Shown here one piece after another: positions 15,380 through 28,949 of a stretch of DNA of 64,000 bases. The position numbers and the translations under genes are program-made. Within the stretch, counting starts at the first letter, position 1, and each line of letters starts with the position of its first letter. Source of the DNA: Tubiluchus corallicola (Eukaryota > Animalia > Priapulida); NCBI GenBank assembly GCA_030141605.1, contig JAQGDQ010000256.1, positions 1 to 64,000 of the forward strand. The letters are read 5' to 3'. The notes under the pieces were generated by a model. The model saw nothing but the letters and a program-made list of their open reading frames with translations. It was not told where the DNA came from and searched no databases.

Positions 15380-15670
15380 TGTCACACTCACCACCACATT
15401 TGCACAAAGCTGTGCAAACAAGACTTTCTTGGACACATTTGCATCTTTGGCTGACTGTCAGCAATGTTTAATAAGTTGTTGACATGCTTCAGAGCTTAAT
15501 ATCCAGTGGGGTTCAAATGTTACTTCAGTGGACCTCTCCCAACCCCAGTCAATTCTAACGGTAAAGCTGGGGCAGTGATCAACGCCTGGCCCAATATCCT
15601 GCAGTTGTTGGAGGAAAGGTCTCCACTGACCTTGCCTTTCTTGTGCACGAGTTTACGTGCTTTATCAGCT
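15380..15670 (-). mobile_element. Frameshifted relic of the C-terminus of an Academ-like DNA transposon protein (Cys-rich tail)
   Basis: Across frameshifts the minus strand reads RKARSVETFPPT..AGYW / GQALITAPALP / DWGWERSTEVTFEPHW..SEACQQLIKHC / RCKCVQESLVCTALCKCGGEC. This is the PPT...WGW...CxC...CTxLCxC tail of this widespread invertebrate transposon protein family. Superfamily assignment is from recall. Confidence 0.65.
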
Positions 15671-17291
15671 GCGTAAATAATTTCTCCCCTAATGCAGTTA
15701 TAGTCGCCCTTAGACTAAAACTATTTAAAAGTTCTTCTATTTCCATGATAATATGCCACAAATTGACACAGCAACTTATTTATACAAAGGATGATAAATG
15801 CCCAGATAAAACACGTACATGTGCTTATGTGGGTGTTTAATTTCATTTGTATAAATAACAGCATGCTTTTCAACCATAACAACCATTCATAATAGTGAGA
15901 ATAACCAAAAAGAGTTTGTTTGTTAGTTTTTGCTTGTTTGTGCTTGTTGCAATAACTACCTTTTTTGGCAGTGAAAAGAAAAGCAGCAGTAACTTGTAGT
16001 AACACGCTAACTAGCTGTCAAAATTGAACTATTATAAGTTTGTGTGTTATCTCATTTTATATACGTACCTGTGATCAAATACATTTATACAATTTCATAG
16101 CGTAATAATTACGTTTATGTTGTTTTTATTGCCTTACAATAATCCCATTCAGAATAAGTTGCAGGATGCCTGCCGTCGTGCATAATAAAGGTACCAAGTT
16201 TCAACCTTGAACTGAAGCTTTACTGTTAGCTATGTAAAACAGCAACAATGTACCTATAGTTATATAAAACGGCAATAATGCACGTAGGTACGTTTGCATA
16301 ACCATGCAGACTTAATTTCTACAACCATTTCAAGGAGGAAAATAGAAGATCTAAACATCAGATGTACCAAATTTAAGACTTTTATCATAAAATGAACAAT
16401 TCTTCTGTATTTCTCGGCAACTTTTGCCATTATTTCCGCCGCACTATTAACAGTTTTTAGCACTGGGCCTATTAGACAATAAGAAAAATGTTGGCAATGC
16501 TAAATTAAATCTGAAGGACACAAGCACTGTGGTTTCGTATAAATATAGATTTAATGTGACACAAGCAAAGTCAATCACGATTTTGTACTAGATGTTAGAT
16601 AGACCACATCAAGAAATATCACTACATTTCCCATTACATGTTGTAAATATAGGCACTGATACAACACTGTCTACAAACATGCTACAGCTTACTTCTTTCC
16701 TAATTATTTCCATACAACACTTATTTCTCTGGCTGTGATGTGGAAGAATTATTGTGTAACAAATAAAAGACTGCTTCCCACTACAATCAAAGCAACAGTT
16801 AGTGGGCCTATAAACACAAATTGATACACTAGCTGTAATTAATGACATTAAAACTGTAAACGATTTCGCGCACACTGCGCTTCTTCAGCACACAAATTGC
16901 TTTCAACTTGCTGTAAAAATTCAGCTTTTCCACAAATATATCGCGCGTACCATACTTCTCTAACATGAAAAAGAGTCATTTCATCTTACTGAAGAAAGTA
17001 CTATTTTTGCATGAAATAATCATATTTAAATTTTACACAGAATGTAGGTACGTCTATATTTAACCTAATATAGCACGATGTTTTATTTTTACTTGCAGCA
17101 GCGTGGTATTTATCCAAGGCGTTTATAAAACCATAAAAAACATCACTATGTGCTGAATTGAAGGCGCACTGCGTTAAACTACAAACGTTATTATAAAACT
17201 CAAACAAATTTTACGCCTAAAGCGTCTAATTGACTTTAGCTGCTCCTCGGAAAAAGTAAATAATAGTAGAAACATTTATACAAGACATTAC

Positions 17292-17358
17292 CTGTAATGA
17301 CGAGACCGAAGGAGCATATTATGGCTGCCCAAATTCTCATTACGAATGTGAAATCCAT
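17292..17358 (-). CDS. Putative first coding exon encoding a signal peptide (MDFTFVMRIWAAIICSFGLVIT-G); rest of gene not identified
   Basis: Good start context gccaaaATGG, 22 codons with a hydrophobic core, ending ACAG|GTAATG (phase-1 donor, typical of signal-peptide exons). Confidence 0.5.
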
Positions 17359-20300
17359 TTTGGCACCTCGCACGAAATGTTCTTAATCATTTTCTTCCAC
17401 TGTCAACAGTTATTCCACACACAGTAACAAGAAAACTCTTTTTTGTGCATCTTCGTGTTTCATACGCAGAATTTTTTAAGAAATCTTTATTTAGGCCAAA
17501 AGCAGTAGGCTCAGTTATTGTTAAAGTAACAAATACACGACAGACATTATTTAGTTTTCACGAAGACACCTTGTCATCTAAATAGCCTGATAGATCACAA
17601 GTTACACCCGACTCCTGATGATATTAATGTCCTGTACAGCTCGCGGCAATAACGTGTCGTAATTATGCGATGACTATGTAGGCAAATTTCCTGTTTAAAC
17701 GATGGATATGCAAGATGTAATAACTCACTGGCGGTGTTTCATCGTTTGGCTGATCAGTTCACTCAAATTTTCCGGGCAGTAACCGTCTGTTTTGCAATCT
17801 GAACACCTAGTTTCTACTATTTAATAGGCTGGATTATTTCCCCGTTAATACTAAGGGTCAGACGTGTTTTAGTTGGCTAATGACTAGAAAGTCCATTCCA
17901 GCGGCGTGAAGCCAGTGTGTGTTTATACAACGCGGGACTCTATGTACGCTGGTTACTCGTTAATAATCACAAAAATCACATTTGGGTAATGGCAGAATAC
18001 TGAACACTGACAGAATTTTGGCAATATTCCAAATAGCATGTGAACAATTGTTCAATTAGGAAAATGCTTCAAATTTGCGATAATTAACTTTAAGATTAGA
18101 CTTGCAAGGAATTGTATGGAAATGCTAGATGTGGATTGTTGATCAATTGTAACTGTGGTCCATTATAACAGATGGTTACACATTTCAAAATACACTACTA
18201 AATGATGATGTGTAGATTTTCTCAACGCCTGCGTAAAATTTATCCACAAGCAAAAAGACATGAGAAACTGGCAAACATACGAAATAATTGACACTGCTAA
18301 TGGACACTTTTAGACTGTCCTACAATGAAGCTTTGCAAAATCTAAACGTTGAATTACACCTGAATAGCACAACGATTTGTTAAATCACGTTATAGGTTTC
18401 GATTAACTAAGCTTCCTTGAGCTAGAAACCCGATACTGTCCGAATCCGGACTAATCCAGTGACGTCGCGCATGTTGGCGCGGTGAAGCGAAGATACTGAT
18501 GAGAGCGTTTGTCAGTTCATCTTACGTGGCATGACTGGCAACGGACATAATCGTTTAAGCATCGCCCTAGTAATTACGCACACAAAAGACGATCAAGACT
18601 GGACAACCGAGCGACGAGTCCTCGTATTCACTAATATCGACGTCTCCCTCGCAAACGCTGACGTCATCAGGCTTAGTTGCAAAGACGTAACCCGGTCTAG
18701 ACGAAGCCAAAGCGCGAAAGATTCAAACCATAAACAGTAATAATTTAAACTTAGTTTCCAAGCTAACTGAGTTTGTATTCAGGTAACATAATTAATTAAT
18801 TAAATTTAACTCTATTCTTTGTCCTGCGTTTTTAGTAAGTACGTAATTATCTTTGAAAAGTATGAAACGTATCGCACCGCATTGTAACATGAGTAACACG
18901 TCGCATGACACCGTTTCTCACTAGACTGTGTGGTTACTTTTTGGCTGTTGTATCACTTTTTGTTACCATTTATGTTGTGTTGCATTATTCTCTTATCTCA
19001 TATGGGTTCGTGTGTTTATAATTTTGTGTATTTAAACGCAGCTTATTGGTTTGGATTAGAAAGTTTTGCAACTTATAATACGTCCTCAAAGTTGCATTCT
19101 TGTATTTGGAACTTCGCATAGACTAAACCAGTGGCTTCACACGTTTGGTCATCTTGCACTTTGTCTCCAATTAAATATGAATACTGCAAGTACATCATCT
19201 AATTTACTTCTTTGCTCATCGGTTGCCATTGCCACACAAACTGGCTAAACGTGTATATGTCCCTAAGCGTTCCAAAGTATCACACAATCATTTACTTTTT
19301 GTAGATAGTTTTTGATAAAAGATACCTTTTGTTAAACTGAAAGGTAGGTACACAATTAGTAACGTTATAGAACACGCAGTTTTATAGTAAAAAATCAAAC
19401 AACTGGTACGATTTAGTAGAAGCCTCACATATTTGGTTTATTAAAAATTTTATTTAAATATTGTATTTCGCACATCTAATACAAGAGACAATAAGATTTA
19501 GTGCTAATTTCTAATTTTGATGAAACTGTTTCAGCCAAACACTTGGTCTTCACCCTTAACCGGCCAAGGTGAGGTAAAAAATTACCCCAGGAGAATTGCT
19601 CACATTTTTATATTGACGCACACAACGAAAAATTTTCAAGCTAGTAGTGTTTAAATATTTTTCGATTTGTTATGCAACCATACATTGGTTTTGTTGAAAA
19701 GTATTCACGCTTTTTACAAAGCACGTGTGTAAGATACTACCTGATGTAGGGTAACTTCTTACCCCCCCCCCTTGATCTTTTATGTAGTCAAAAGTATGGA
19801 ATTTACTTTGCAGTATTTTTCTTTCTGGCAGCTGCATGTGTTTACTTTTAAAACTGAGAAGTGCTGCAAACCTCCAATACGGCCTACAATTCTGCAAAGA
19901 GATTTTTCTAACAATCTGTTGAGGAAATTTCATATTAGTTTGTGGACATTCTTTATTTAGTAACATGGCGGGAACATTAGCTGTACAGGTAACTAAGATT
20001 GAAGCTGATAAAGATGAAGTTTTAGAAAATCCAGCAAGTGAAGACGAAGTGCGTGTCTTAGAATTAAACAGTGAACATCGTTAGGCTATTATAAAAATTT
20101 TCACAAGACTTGAAAACCAAGCATAAATAATATAGTATAAACAACATCGTGCAATGGCGGAAAGCTACTCTTTATCCTTGGTGCCCTCATATATCTATGC
20201 TAACTTGCCCCAGAACTTGGTTTTGCACTAATAGAAGCACCTCACTTACCAGTTGGTCGTTCTGTCAAGTTAGTAACACATATTAGGCAAAACGTTAAAA

Positions 20301-20580
20301 AGTATAGACAAGATTAATTCTTACCCTCTCTGTCAAAACAATACAACACTTAACAAAAAGGTCACTTTTATCTAATCGCTTTTCTTATATGAAACGTTCA
20401 GGGCAAATAAAACTGCCAATTTAACGCTGACATAAATTATTGTCAAAGTTATATTGTACAATATAACTCTCAGATGTACTTTAAACATCACTTTTAAGAA
20501 AAATTTGTTGCTTGTTCTTGTTTTTCTTGACCATTCTAGCTTTTCCTTGTTTAAAAACACTAGCTTGCAAAGTTATTTTT

Positions 20581-20724
20581 CTTAAAAATTTCTTTATTTT
20601 TCCCAGAAGATTTCGTCCTACACGGACTTAATCGGCTGTACAGAGAGATACAGCTATTATCTCTCTGCACAGCTAAAGTCCGTGAGGAACAAAAGTTTCT
20701 GCTATAAATAAAGAATTTTTTGAG
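20581..20724. mobile_element. Imperfect palindromic (fold-back) element of ~145 bp
   Basis: Nested inverted arms: aaaatttctttattt/aaataaagaatttt, cacggactt/aagtccgtg, and gctgtacagagagata/tatctctctgcacagc around a 7-nt loop. Confidence 0.75.
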
Positions 20725-23195
20725 ATTTAATGGACATTTTAACTTCTTTTACGGTCATGACCATGGCAAGTTTCAGAAGAACACTATCTTATTTTCAAGC
20801 TTTCTTTTTCTTGTCAGTTCATGGATGGCGTCAGATGTTCTGCACGCATAGCCTATATAGCAACTATAGCAAAAATCATTGCTAACTTGTTGAATTGCAG
20901 TAAAAGCTAAAATTTATCGAATTTTTTGTTTCAAACTTTTCTAAATACTCGGTATGTAAAACTGCACTTCATTTCTTATTATTAAACTTGCTTTGGCTCT
21001 AATCATTATCTAGCGAATATAGCGTCTGCCTTGACAGCAATATATGTCTTTTTCATATACTGACTATGTTCAAACTTTTTCACATTTCCTGTTTTTCAAA
21101 GCTTGGTCTCAAATTTCAGTTAATTGTACGTCTGTACCATTACTTCGCCCTGTCAAGATTTTCTTCTATTTTTCCCTTTTCTCCTCCCCGCATCAATGTA
21201 ATTGCGTTCAAAGTTAGTCCTTTCCGTCTCTCCTTTTCCAATCACCTCTCCATTATGAAGCCTGAAAGTCCTCAATGCGAGATGTAACAAATATCTACAT
21301 CCGCACAATAGCGTTACTTGTAATAGTTGTTAAGCGAATTAGTGGCTCAATAGACTGCAATAGAGCTATTTATTATGCAGCTCTATAGGATGCAACAGCA
21401 CAGCTGATTAACTATCCACGTGTCGAGTGAAATCTGTCAAGTTGAATCCTTGGCTTTCTGATGAGCTTGAAGGCTCCTCATGACCACCGATCGAGTAGCA
21501 ACCAATGCAAAGTGAACCTCAGATTTAACTAGACAAGGCAGTATAATTGACCAAATTATGTTCTATTCCACATCCGATGCATCAATAAGCAATTATTATT
21601 AACGTAATGTTTAAATAGCCCGAATCCCTATTGCGACCTTCTGTATGTAGAAGGACATCAATGTGTAATTACGTAAGACAAATAAATGCTGAAATAAAAT
21701 GAGTTACTACAAGCAAAGAAACTTTCGTGACGATTGTGTTCAGCAAAATTATAAACACAGTCATCATCAAAGATTTCTCTAATTTCTTTGGCTAATGAAA
21801 TAGAAAGTGTTGGTTAATTAGTTAAAAATTGTATCTCCAGTTTCTCAGTTATTTTTTGCCAACTGTTATGCAACTAAAAGGTATCTTACATATTCGTTCA
21901 TGGGCCTATTTGATATAAATATTATTGTATTCTGCTCTAACGTGTTGGTCAGATAAACGTCGTCACTTCCTACTGTGGTGAGCATTTATTTATTTCACAA
22001 TTTTATAATTGTTGTAAAATCTATCCATTTTCATTTTATTACTTTGTTCTGTATTATAAATGTTGTTTTATTCGTGAAGGTGCTTTCTTAATTTCTATTA
22101 TTATGACATCTTGTTTTAATGTTGAACTCTTAGAGATGTGACATAAATTATGTCCGTATATTAGCGGTTGCTGCTGATTTTTTTCTTTTTGCAAAATGTA
22201 TTGCACATACCTCACTATCATTTTAGTAGTTCATTCAGAAGTTTGCAGCGAGCAGGTAAATCTACCATGCATCTGTACCATAGTAGCAAATTAGCAAGTA
22301 CATCGTACAAGCAAAGCTCAAGACACCAACGCAAAACACCAATCAAGCACGCATGTATACAAATTTCATGTTTTTCGTACTGTGGGCGTAATTATTTTTA
22401 TTTTCACGCCCCCCCCCCCCCCACATCTGTACTGAATGTTTCTGCTCATTACGAAGCTATTGCATAAATGCGCCGGGATGTAATGGTTCCATGGACATAT
22501 CTCTGTTTCGTTTCTGCTCTTTACGTTTGACGTTTGGAGTCAACTTCCGTCATTTTGAGAGCCCACACATCTCTGCATTGAACCCGCCGATGTCAACACC
22601 GTCGCCGATATTGCACAACACTTTTTGTGAATACTGTAAATTGCATTAAGTATTTTGATCTACGTTCATGGCATATGTAGCTTATGTAATTGGTTACAAT
22701 TAGAGTTTCATTCGTGCTCTTAATTGTACATCGTATTTATCAGTTGATCAGACAGAGAAATACAACTAAATAATTCAGGTTTTATTAAAGAACAATCATT
22801 CACTAAGTTGTGAAATCTGACCAGATCATTACCACTTAATCTTATGGGCTTTTTTATTAATTGAACAACAGGGCTATAGAATGTATAATCACCCAGATAC
22901 CGGCTTCTTCTAAGAATTTGTTCATATACAACTATCTTGTACAATAGATAAACATAGAAGGGTATGATGTAGCTGCGTTCTTGACTTTAAATCCTAATAT
23001 ACTATGTATAGGTTTTTTGACCCAAAAGCAAAATCCAGATATGAAATCCACTTATTTTTCATTTTAAATGTGAGGCCACTTCGATACTGCCGCCTCCTAC
23101 AGTTAATATGATTCAGTATTAACCAATTGTTGTTTTAGCTCGATGTAACTGGTTTGGTGCCATGTGAATTGCGTCTTTCGTCCGGGTTTGTAAAC

Positions 23196-23230
<35 letters not shown>
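23196..23230. repeat. (AAT)n microsatellite, possibly the tail of a minus-strand retroelement
   Basis: Directly visible and followed by gtttattt; the retroelement link is inference. Confidence 0.85.
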
Positions 23231-25537
23231 GTTTATTTGGAAGTGTAAATGCAAATACAATATCAAGAAACACTGGGAAAAAACAGATATTAATAATAAT
23301 GATTATATGACAGCGTGCATAGAATAAATGGCAAGAACCAGAAGTGCTTGCACCATTTTAAACACATTTCATCATAGCATTACTGCTAACTGCAGTTGAA
23401 ACACTGATTATACTTTTTTTTGAATGCTCAGTTTGCCATTCTACGATTTACAAGTTTTGTAGCAATATAGAATTCTACTATTCCTACTATTATTGCTTGA
23501 ACCGATACTGTTATTATTATTGTTACTACTTCTCTGTTAATTACTGCTACTTGAACCTACTATTACTATAACTACTACAAATGCAAACGTTTTTTAACTA
23601 TGATGACAATTCCTGCGTCTCTCTTCGTATAACTGAGTTTTTTTTGCTAAAGGTCGATAATTCGGGAAAAGACAGCAACAACATTCTTGCAGAAACTAGA
23701 TCAATACTTGTGTCTAACATCTGTTAATCGCAAGCAATTTGATGATTTTTAAAATTATTAATTGGTTTTATTAATCCGAGATTAAAGGGTAAGCTAACCA
23801 CGAGACGTATCATGCAACTAGGCGTCGCTAGATACTATGCACAAGAACAACTCCACGAAACGGTTTGGAAAGCACCTGGTATAAATCATGATGCATGTTG
23901 CAGACATCACAAGAATAAATCACTAAGAAAGTTTGTGCGTTTATTCTGTCCGCAACATACAGGCCTGTCATTTACATACGAAACCGTAGATTGATTGCTA
24001 TGAGTGAATTATGTTGGTCAAATTGCTTTAAAATGGCAAATACAGTTAGCTCAATAAGTTCTTGAAAGGTCTACAACCATACAATCCTGCGCTAAAGCCG
24101 CAAAACGTAGTTCTCAAGCCTGGTACAAACTAGCCGGTTTTCCTTGTCAAATTTTCTTATATTTGTAGGTTTTAGACGTGTTGAAAAGCCCTAAAAGTTT
24201 TATTCTATATTTGTAAGAATTTGTACAATTGGTAATGAAATAATAAATGCAGATAGGCTTAGTCCCTCAGCCAGGAACCTTCGGATTGATCGAGCGATAT
24301 ATCAATATTTAGTCATATAAGAAGTTTGGACAGTGATGTTCAGGTATATGGTCGGGTGTCATATGTCGGAGATAAGAGATATCTGCTGTTTGTAATTTAT
24401 ATTATAGCCTTATGATCCCGGCAGCTCGCAACTGATAACGGTAGACACTTTAAGTGGCATCGGGTGCCTGACAAACACCTTAAATTGACACCCTCAATAA
24501 AATTGAAACCTTTATCGAACATACGAGGTGCCAGGTAAAGTTAAGCTTAAATGATAGCTTCTTAACCTTGGACCCTAACATAGCAATAAAGTATTTGAAG
24601 TGCATCGTAGTTAGCATTGGTGTAAGACCACGTTTTTCATCATTATTATAAACTGCTTGAACAAATATAATTTGCTTTGCAAAAAAATCTAGTACTATTT
24701 ATTAGGTTGAATACAATAAAAAATGCAAACTCTGCCGTTAATATTGGTAATACTAGCTAGCAGAAAGCATCTTACGTAAGTGCTGACCTTTTATGCAGTT
24801 ACTTAATTTTTCTTTATTAAAAATGCATTTCGTAAATAACTTTTCTCAAAGAATGTCATGTATAAAAGAAACAAATTTTTAAATTTTCAAATTTAAATAA
24901 TTTCAGTGATTTTTCACAAAAGCGACATAATTATAATTGCTAAATTTAAGGATTATATAACCCGACAAACTTAGAATGAAAAGCTGAAAATGCGAGGGTA
25001 GATTTGAAATAAGTACTGTTGCGAAGTTAGCAAAATCCAATTAGGATGCCCGACCATCACTGGTTTTGCAGCGTAATTAAGATTCTCGTTGTTGTTTTGG
25101 CAATCTTTTAACGTAACGGTTGTTCTTGTAGGTGTTCATCAAATAAGTTTTGTTTCTCCATTGTTTTAATCGCTTATAATAAATTTATTGTGATCTAATT
25201 CTTCGCATGCAGTCCTTGATTACATAGTAACAAGCACTATGATTACATAGTAACAAGGACTTTTTAATAAAGCAGTAATCGCCTGCTCAATTTTACATGG
25301 ATATAGAAGTCAGAAAAGCTTAATAACGTTTGATGAGCTCATAGAGGAACCAAACCAGCTATGGCAAAGGATGGGAGTTTTGAACTCCCAGACGAATGCA
25401 GGTACCAGAAATTTTGCATTTATAAGCGATCTTTTGATGCAATTTATTCAGCCTTTAAATTTAACTTATTTAATGAGCTTATAACATCAAATTATAGTCA
25501 ATTTGTGATTAATCAGTAATTCAAGTACATGTCGTTT

Positions 25538-26046
25538 TCACCAACCAGGGACGTAAAAATGATAATCCGATCCATCATAATTGCAGGAACATTGTGGATA
25601 TTCCGCTTCATTACAGCAGGGAGTGACACCGCTATCTCTGTTTACTGAGTCCATTTGCAAAATATCGGGATACGGAATAGTTTCATTGTGGGCTGCAAGT
25701 ATGTCGGCAAGTTTCTGTAACAATATAACTTCTTCTGGATCATCTGCATTCATTGGCCACCGCTCTTGCTGGTCTATGGTAAGATTGTAAATCAATGGCG
25801 GATCCTGAACGTAAGCTTCTTGTCCCCAGCACCACCAGCGACCTAATTTTGTCATAGGATTCACTGGATAGCCACCGTCGGGGCAGTAGTCCGGCATATT
25901 CTGTTCGGAAAATTCGGACAAAGTCGCATAGTGGACCTTGTATTCGTTATACCTTACAGCCATTAGACGATTTGAACAATAGAAGAATGTCAGATTTCGT
26001 TCCGTCTTTTCATCCTTGCCTTGGAGAATCGGCCACATACTGAAAC
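25538..26046 (-). CDS. Arylsulfatase, last exon (C-terminal domain)
   Basis: Acceptor gaaattAG|GT, phase 1. Reads FSMWPILQG...FFYCSNRLMAVRYNEYKVHY...QDPPLIYNLTIDQQERWP...PCCNEAEYPQCSC, the C-terminus of ARSA/GALNS/sea-urchin Ars-type sulfatases. Stop TGA at 25538. Confidence 0.93.
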
Positions 26047-26746
26047 CTAATTTCAACAGATAACTAATTTATTAAAGTGTCAAACTAAGTTTCAAGGTTT
26101 TGAAAAATAATTCTTTGTAAAGTTATCAATTTAGTTTTGCACAAATGTGTATTATAGTTACGCTTTGACCTCGAAAATGTAAAAATGCTAAGGTTTAGTA
26201 ATTCACGAAACTAATTATTACCTACAGTGCGTGCTAATGTATACCCTTCAAATTCAAATTCGATTTATTTCAATTAGTAATCGTTTCTTTTTTAATTTAA
26301 GACCTCTATTGGGGGCGTCATAAAAATGCGATTTTGTTTTAATGGACAGTTACTTAAAATATTTTCTATTTTACAACTACCAATAGGAACACTACATGGG
26401 CCGTTTGTGTATTGCTGCGTTTCACAATAGTGTTGCACCACACAGTGGTTCACAACACGGTATTGCACCGCAGGTAGTTGCACCACATCTTAATTATACC
26501 TTAACGTGACTGCACTATACGTTGGTTGTTCCCTAGTTTGTAGCAGTTAAAACGCATTTTTGCCCAAAGTCTATAAGTATCAGACAATGTCACCATACAG
26601 ATGCCAATAGGAAGTACTATATACATCAAAAACTTCCCCTTCAAATTTCTATGTAGTTAGCAGGTAACAACACTAGTTATAGGCAAATCAAAAATCTTGC
26701 GAGCACTTTAAGATAGGTCAGTCTTCACGATTCATGATGTCTCTAA

Positions 26747-27705
26747 GACCGCGTTTCCACTGCGCTCGCACAGACTCGCACAAGCATGAACTTTTCTGTA
26801 TGACTCACGCGGAATAAACTGATGCAATGGCCCGCCTTAGAATACCATTGTTTTACGTGTCTGTCGTTTGCACTGCGTCCGCACGGAAAGCTACACATAC
26901 GCACGGATCCGCTCTTTCATTGTTCAAATTATTTTCTGCGGACGGACAAGCTCATTGTCATAATGGAGGAAGAACAGATCGTAGATGCTGTGGAGATTAG
27001 ACATGCTTTGACAAAAGTAATCCCAAATATAGTCACAAGTATTTTACAAGGCAGTTGTGGGCCGAAGTGGCCTTTCAACTTAATACTGAAGGTAGAATCC
27101 TTAATAATAATTAAAATTAGACATTAAACATATATATATATATATATATGTACATAACACGTATTATGTTTGTGAAAATCTGAATAAAAATTTCATGCTA
27201 AGATACAGTTAATTAGTTGTTGGCTCAGTTTACCTTAGCGTAACAACAAGGCGCTGTTCTGGTGAAATACAATCCCGAAAATTTGCGTTCTGTTTGTTAA
27301 GATGTTCAGAACACAAATCAAGTAAAATTCGGAAGGTTGCAGGTTGCATTCTCAAATAACTAAGGCACTTTTCGTCATGCATTACAAGTTTTTTTAACAA
27401 ATGATGATATTGGCCTAGCTGTTCACGGTTTTCAAATTTTGGGTGTACCCAAAAACGATGTTGTCGCTTCCTGTATCGCCGACTTGCCTTTTTCTTTAAC
27501 CATCACAGCAAAAGAAAACTCTTCTTTCTTCTAGAAAGTCTCATGTGTAGAATTTCACGCTAAAATTTTGGCTCATTTATGATGTATTTTACGAAATGAG
27601 TGCGGTCCCAATGGAAACAACTTTTGCGGAAGTAAAACGTGCGGACAGAATAGTCCGTGTCTGTGCGTGTCTGTGCGTGTCTATGCGGACGCAGTGGAAA
27701 AGCGG
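26747..27705. mobile_element. MITE (PIF/Harbinger-like ends) in a sulfatase intron
   Basis: Left taa|gaccgcgtttccactgcgctcgcacagactcgcaca; right tgtgcgtgtctatgcggacgcagtggaaaagcgg. About 50 bp of imperfect inverted repeat; no transposase. Confidence 0.75.
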
Positions 27706-28221
27706 AAAAGTCTCTAAACTTGAAGCCACATGTTTCTTGAAAAACCTATGAAAACTTTATGAAACCCATGAAAGTCAAAAAAGTAAAGAAGTCGCTGCTA
27801 TTCATTAGTGGCTATTCAGTATTGTCTATTATTCATCCATATCTATTTTCTATCCGTGATCATGATTATCGCAGCAATTATCTATTCTTAACCTTGAAAC
27901 AAGAAAACCATAATCGTTTTCTAGCATTCAGTAATAGGACTACTAATTCATCTTACTTATTTCATGAAAAATTTGGCTTCCACGTTAATCTCAGAAACAA
28001 CTCCGAAAATTATTTGAGTTTTGTCAATTATCGCAAATAATTTATTCATACTATTTCCGCATAAATTTATTAAATAAGTTGGTACGAGTCACACGCTCAG
28101 TCAGATGATTTTCTGCATTTGTGCTATAGAGCATAGTCCACAATTAGCACTATATGGTTTACTATACTATATTAAATAAGATTGTACGAATTTTAACATG
28201 CAACTAGTCAATTCAACTTAC

Positions 28222-28392
28222 CATCGTAAAGCCTATCAGTAGGAAGTGGCACTCCTATGATGTCAGCTATAGTTGGCAGCACATCCATTGTATTAACAAC
28301 AGCATCTGAGACGCTACCAGATTTTATGACACCTGGCCACCAAGCAATCGAAGGTACTCTTACACCACCCTCAAAAAATCGACCCTTATCAC
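28222..28392 (-). CDS. Arylsulfatase exon (GDKGRFFEGGVRVPSIAWWPG...TMDVLPTIADI...DRLYDG)
   Basis: Conserved GxKxxxxEGGxRVP, WPG, DxxPT and DG sulfatase motifs. Acceptor cttgcAG and donor G|GTAAGT, phase 1-1. Confidence 0.95.
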
Positions 28393-28645
28393 CTGCAAGA
28401 CGTGCACTAATTAAAGGATTTAGTAACATGTGCTCGTGTTAACACAGGAAAGACAAACGTGTCTCAAATTATTCAACCGTTTGGCTGCGCTTGTTTGATC
28501 CACATTCACGAAACGGATTTCTGCATTCACAGACAGTTCAAAACTGAAGTTGAAACCACAGTTCACAAAAGCAAAAGAGGCAATTTACAAACCACATAGG
28601 TGCACCAGAATAACATTTAGGAACAGAATAAATAAATGGAGTTAC

Positions 28646-28810
28646 CTCTGAGTAGACCGTTGGAACCGCCTTCTCTACACAGGTCTTCTTGTCCACCATT
28701 GTCCGAAGAAAAGAGAACAAGAGTGTTCGAATATGTCTTTGTTTCCTTTAAGGTATCCATGATTTCTTGCACTTGCCACTGCATTTCTCTGACGTTGTCA
28801 CCATAAAACC
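28646..28810 (-). CDS. Arylsulfatase exon (FYGDNVREM...NTLVLFSSDNG...GGSNGLLRG)
   Basis: Metal-binding SDNG motif, YGDNV and GGSNGxLRG. Acceptor ctttctAG and donor G|GTAAC, phase 1-1. Confidence 0.95.
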
Positions 28811-28949
28811 CTAGAAAGGTGGAATTTTTATACGGTTGCAAAATGGCCCCAAGAGCTTCATAGGTAACTGGTTAATAGCTACGCATACGCACATACGGCT
28901 TGTAGCTCAACTTGAGTTGTCCGACAAATGATTTACTACTTCGTTATTA

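Noticed and set aside
18358-18784. GC-richer island bounded by acctgaata/tattcaggt
   Set aside because: Only a 9-bp inverted match with patchy extension; may be a MITE, but boundaries are not defensible.
19552-20090. piggyBac-like end (cccttaaccgg) and a short acidic ORF
   Set aside because: No TTAA target site, no matching second end and no transposase motif.
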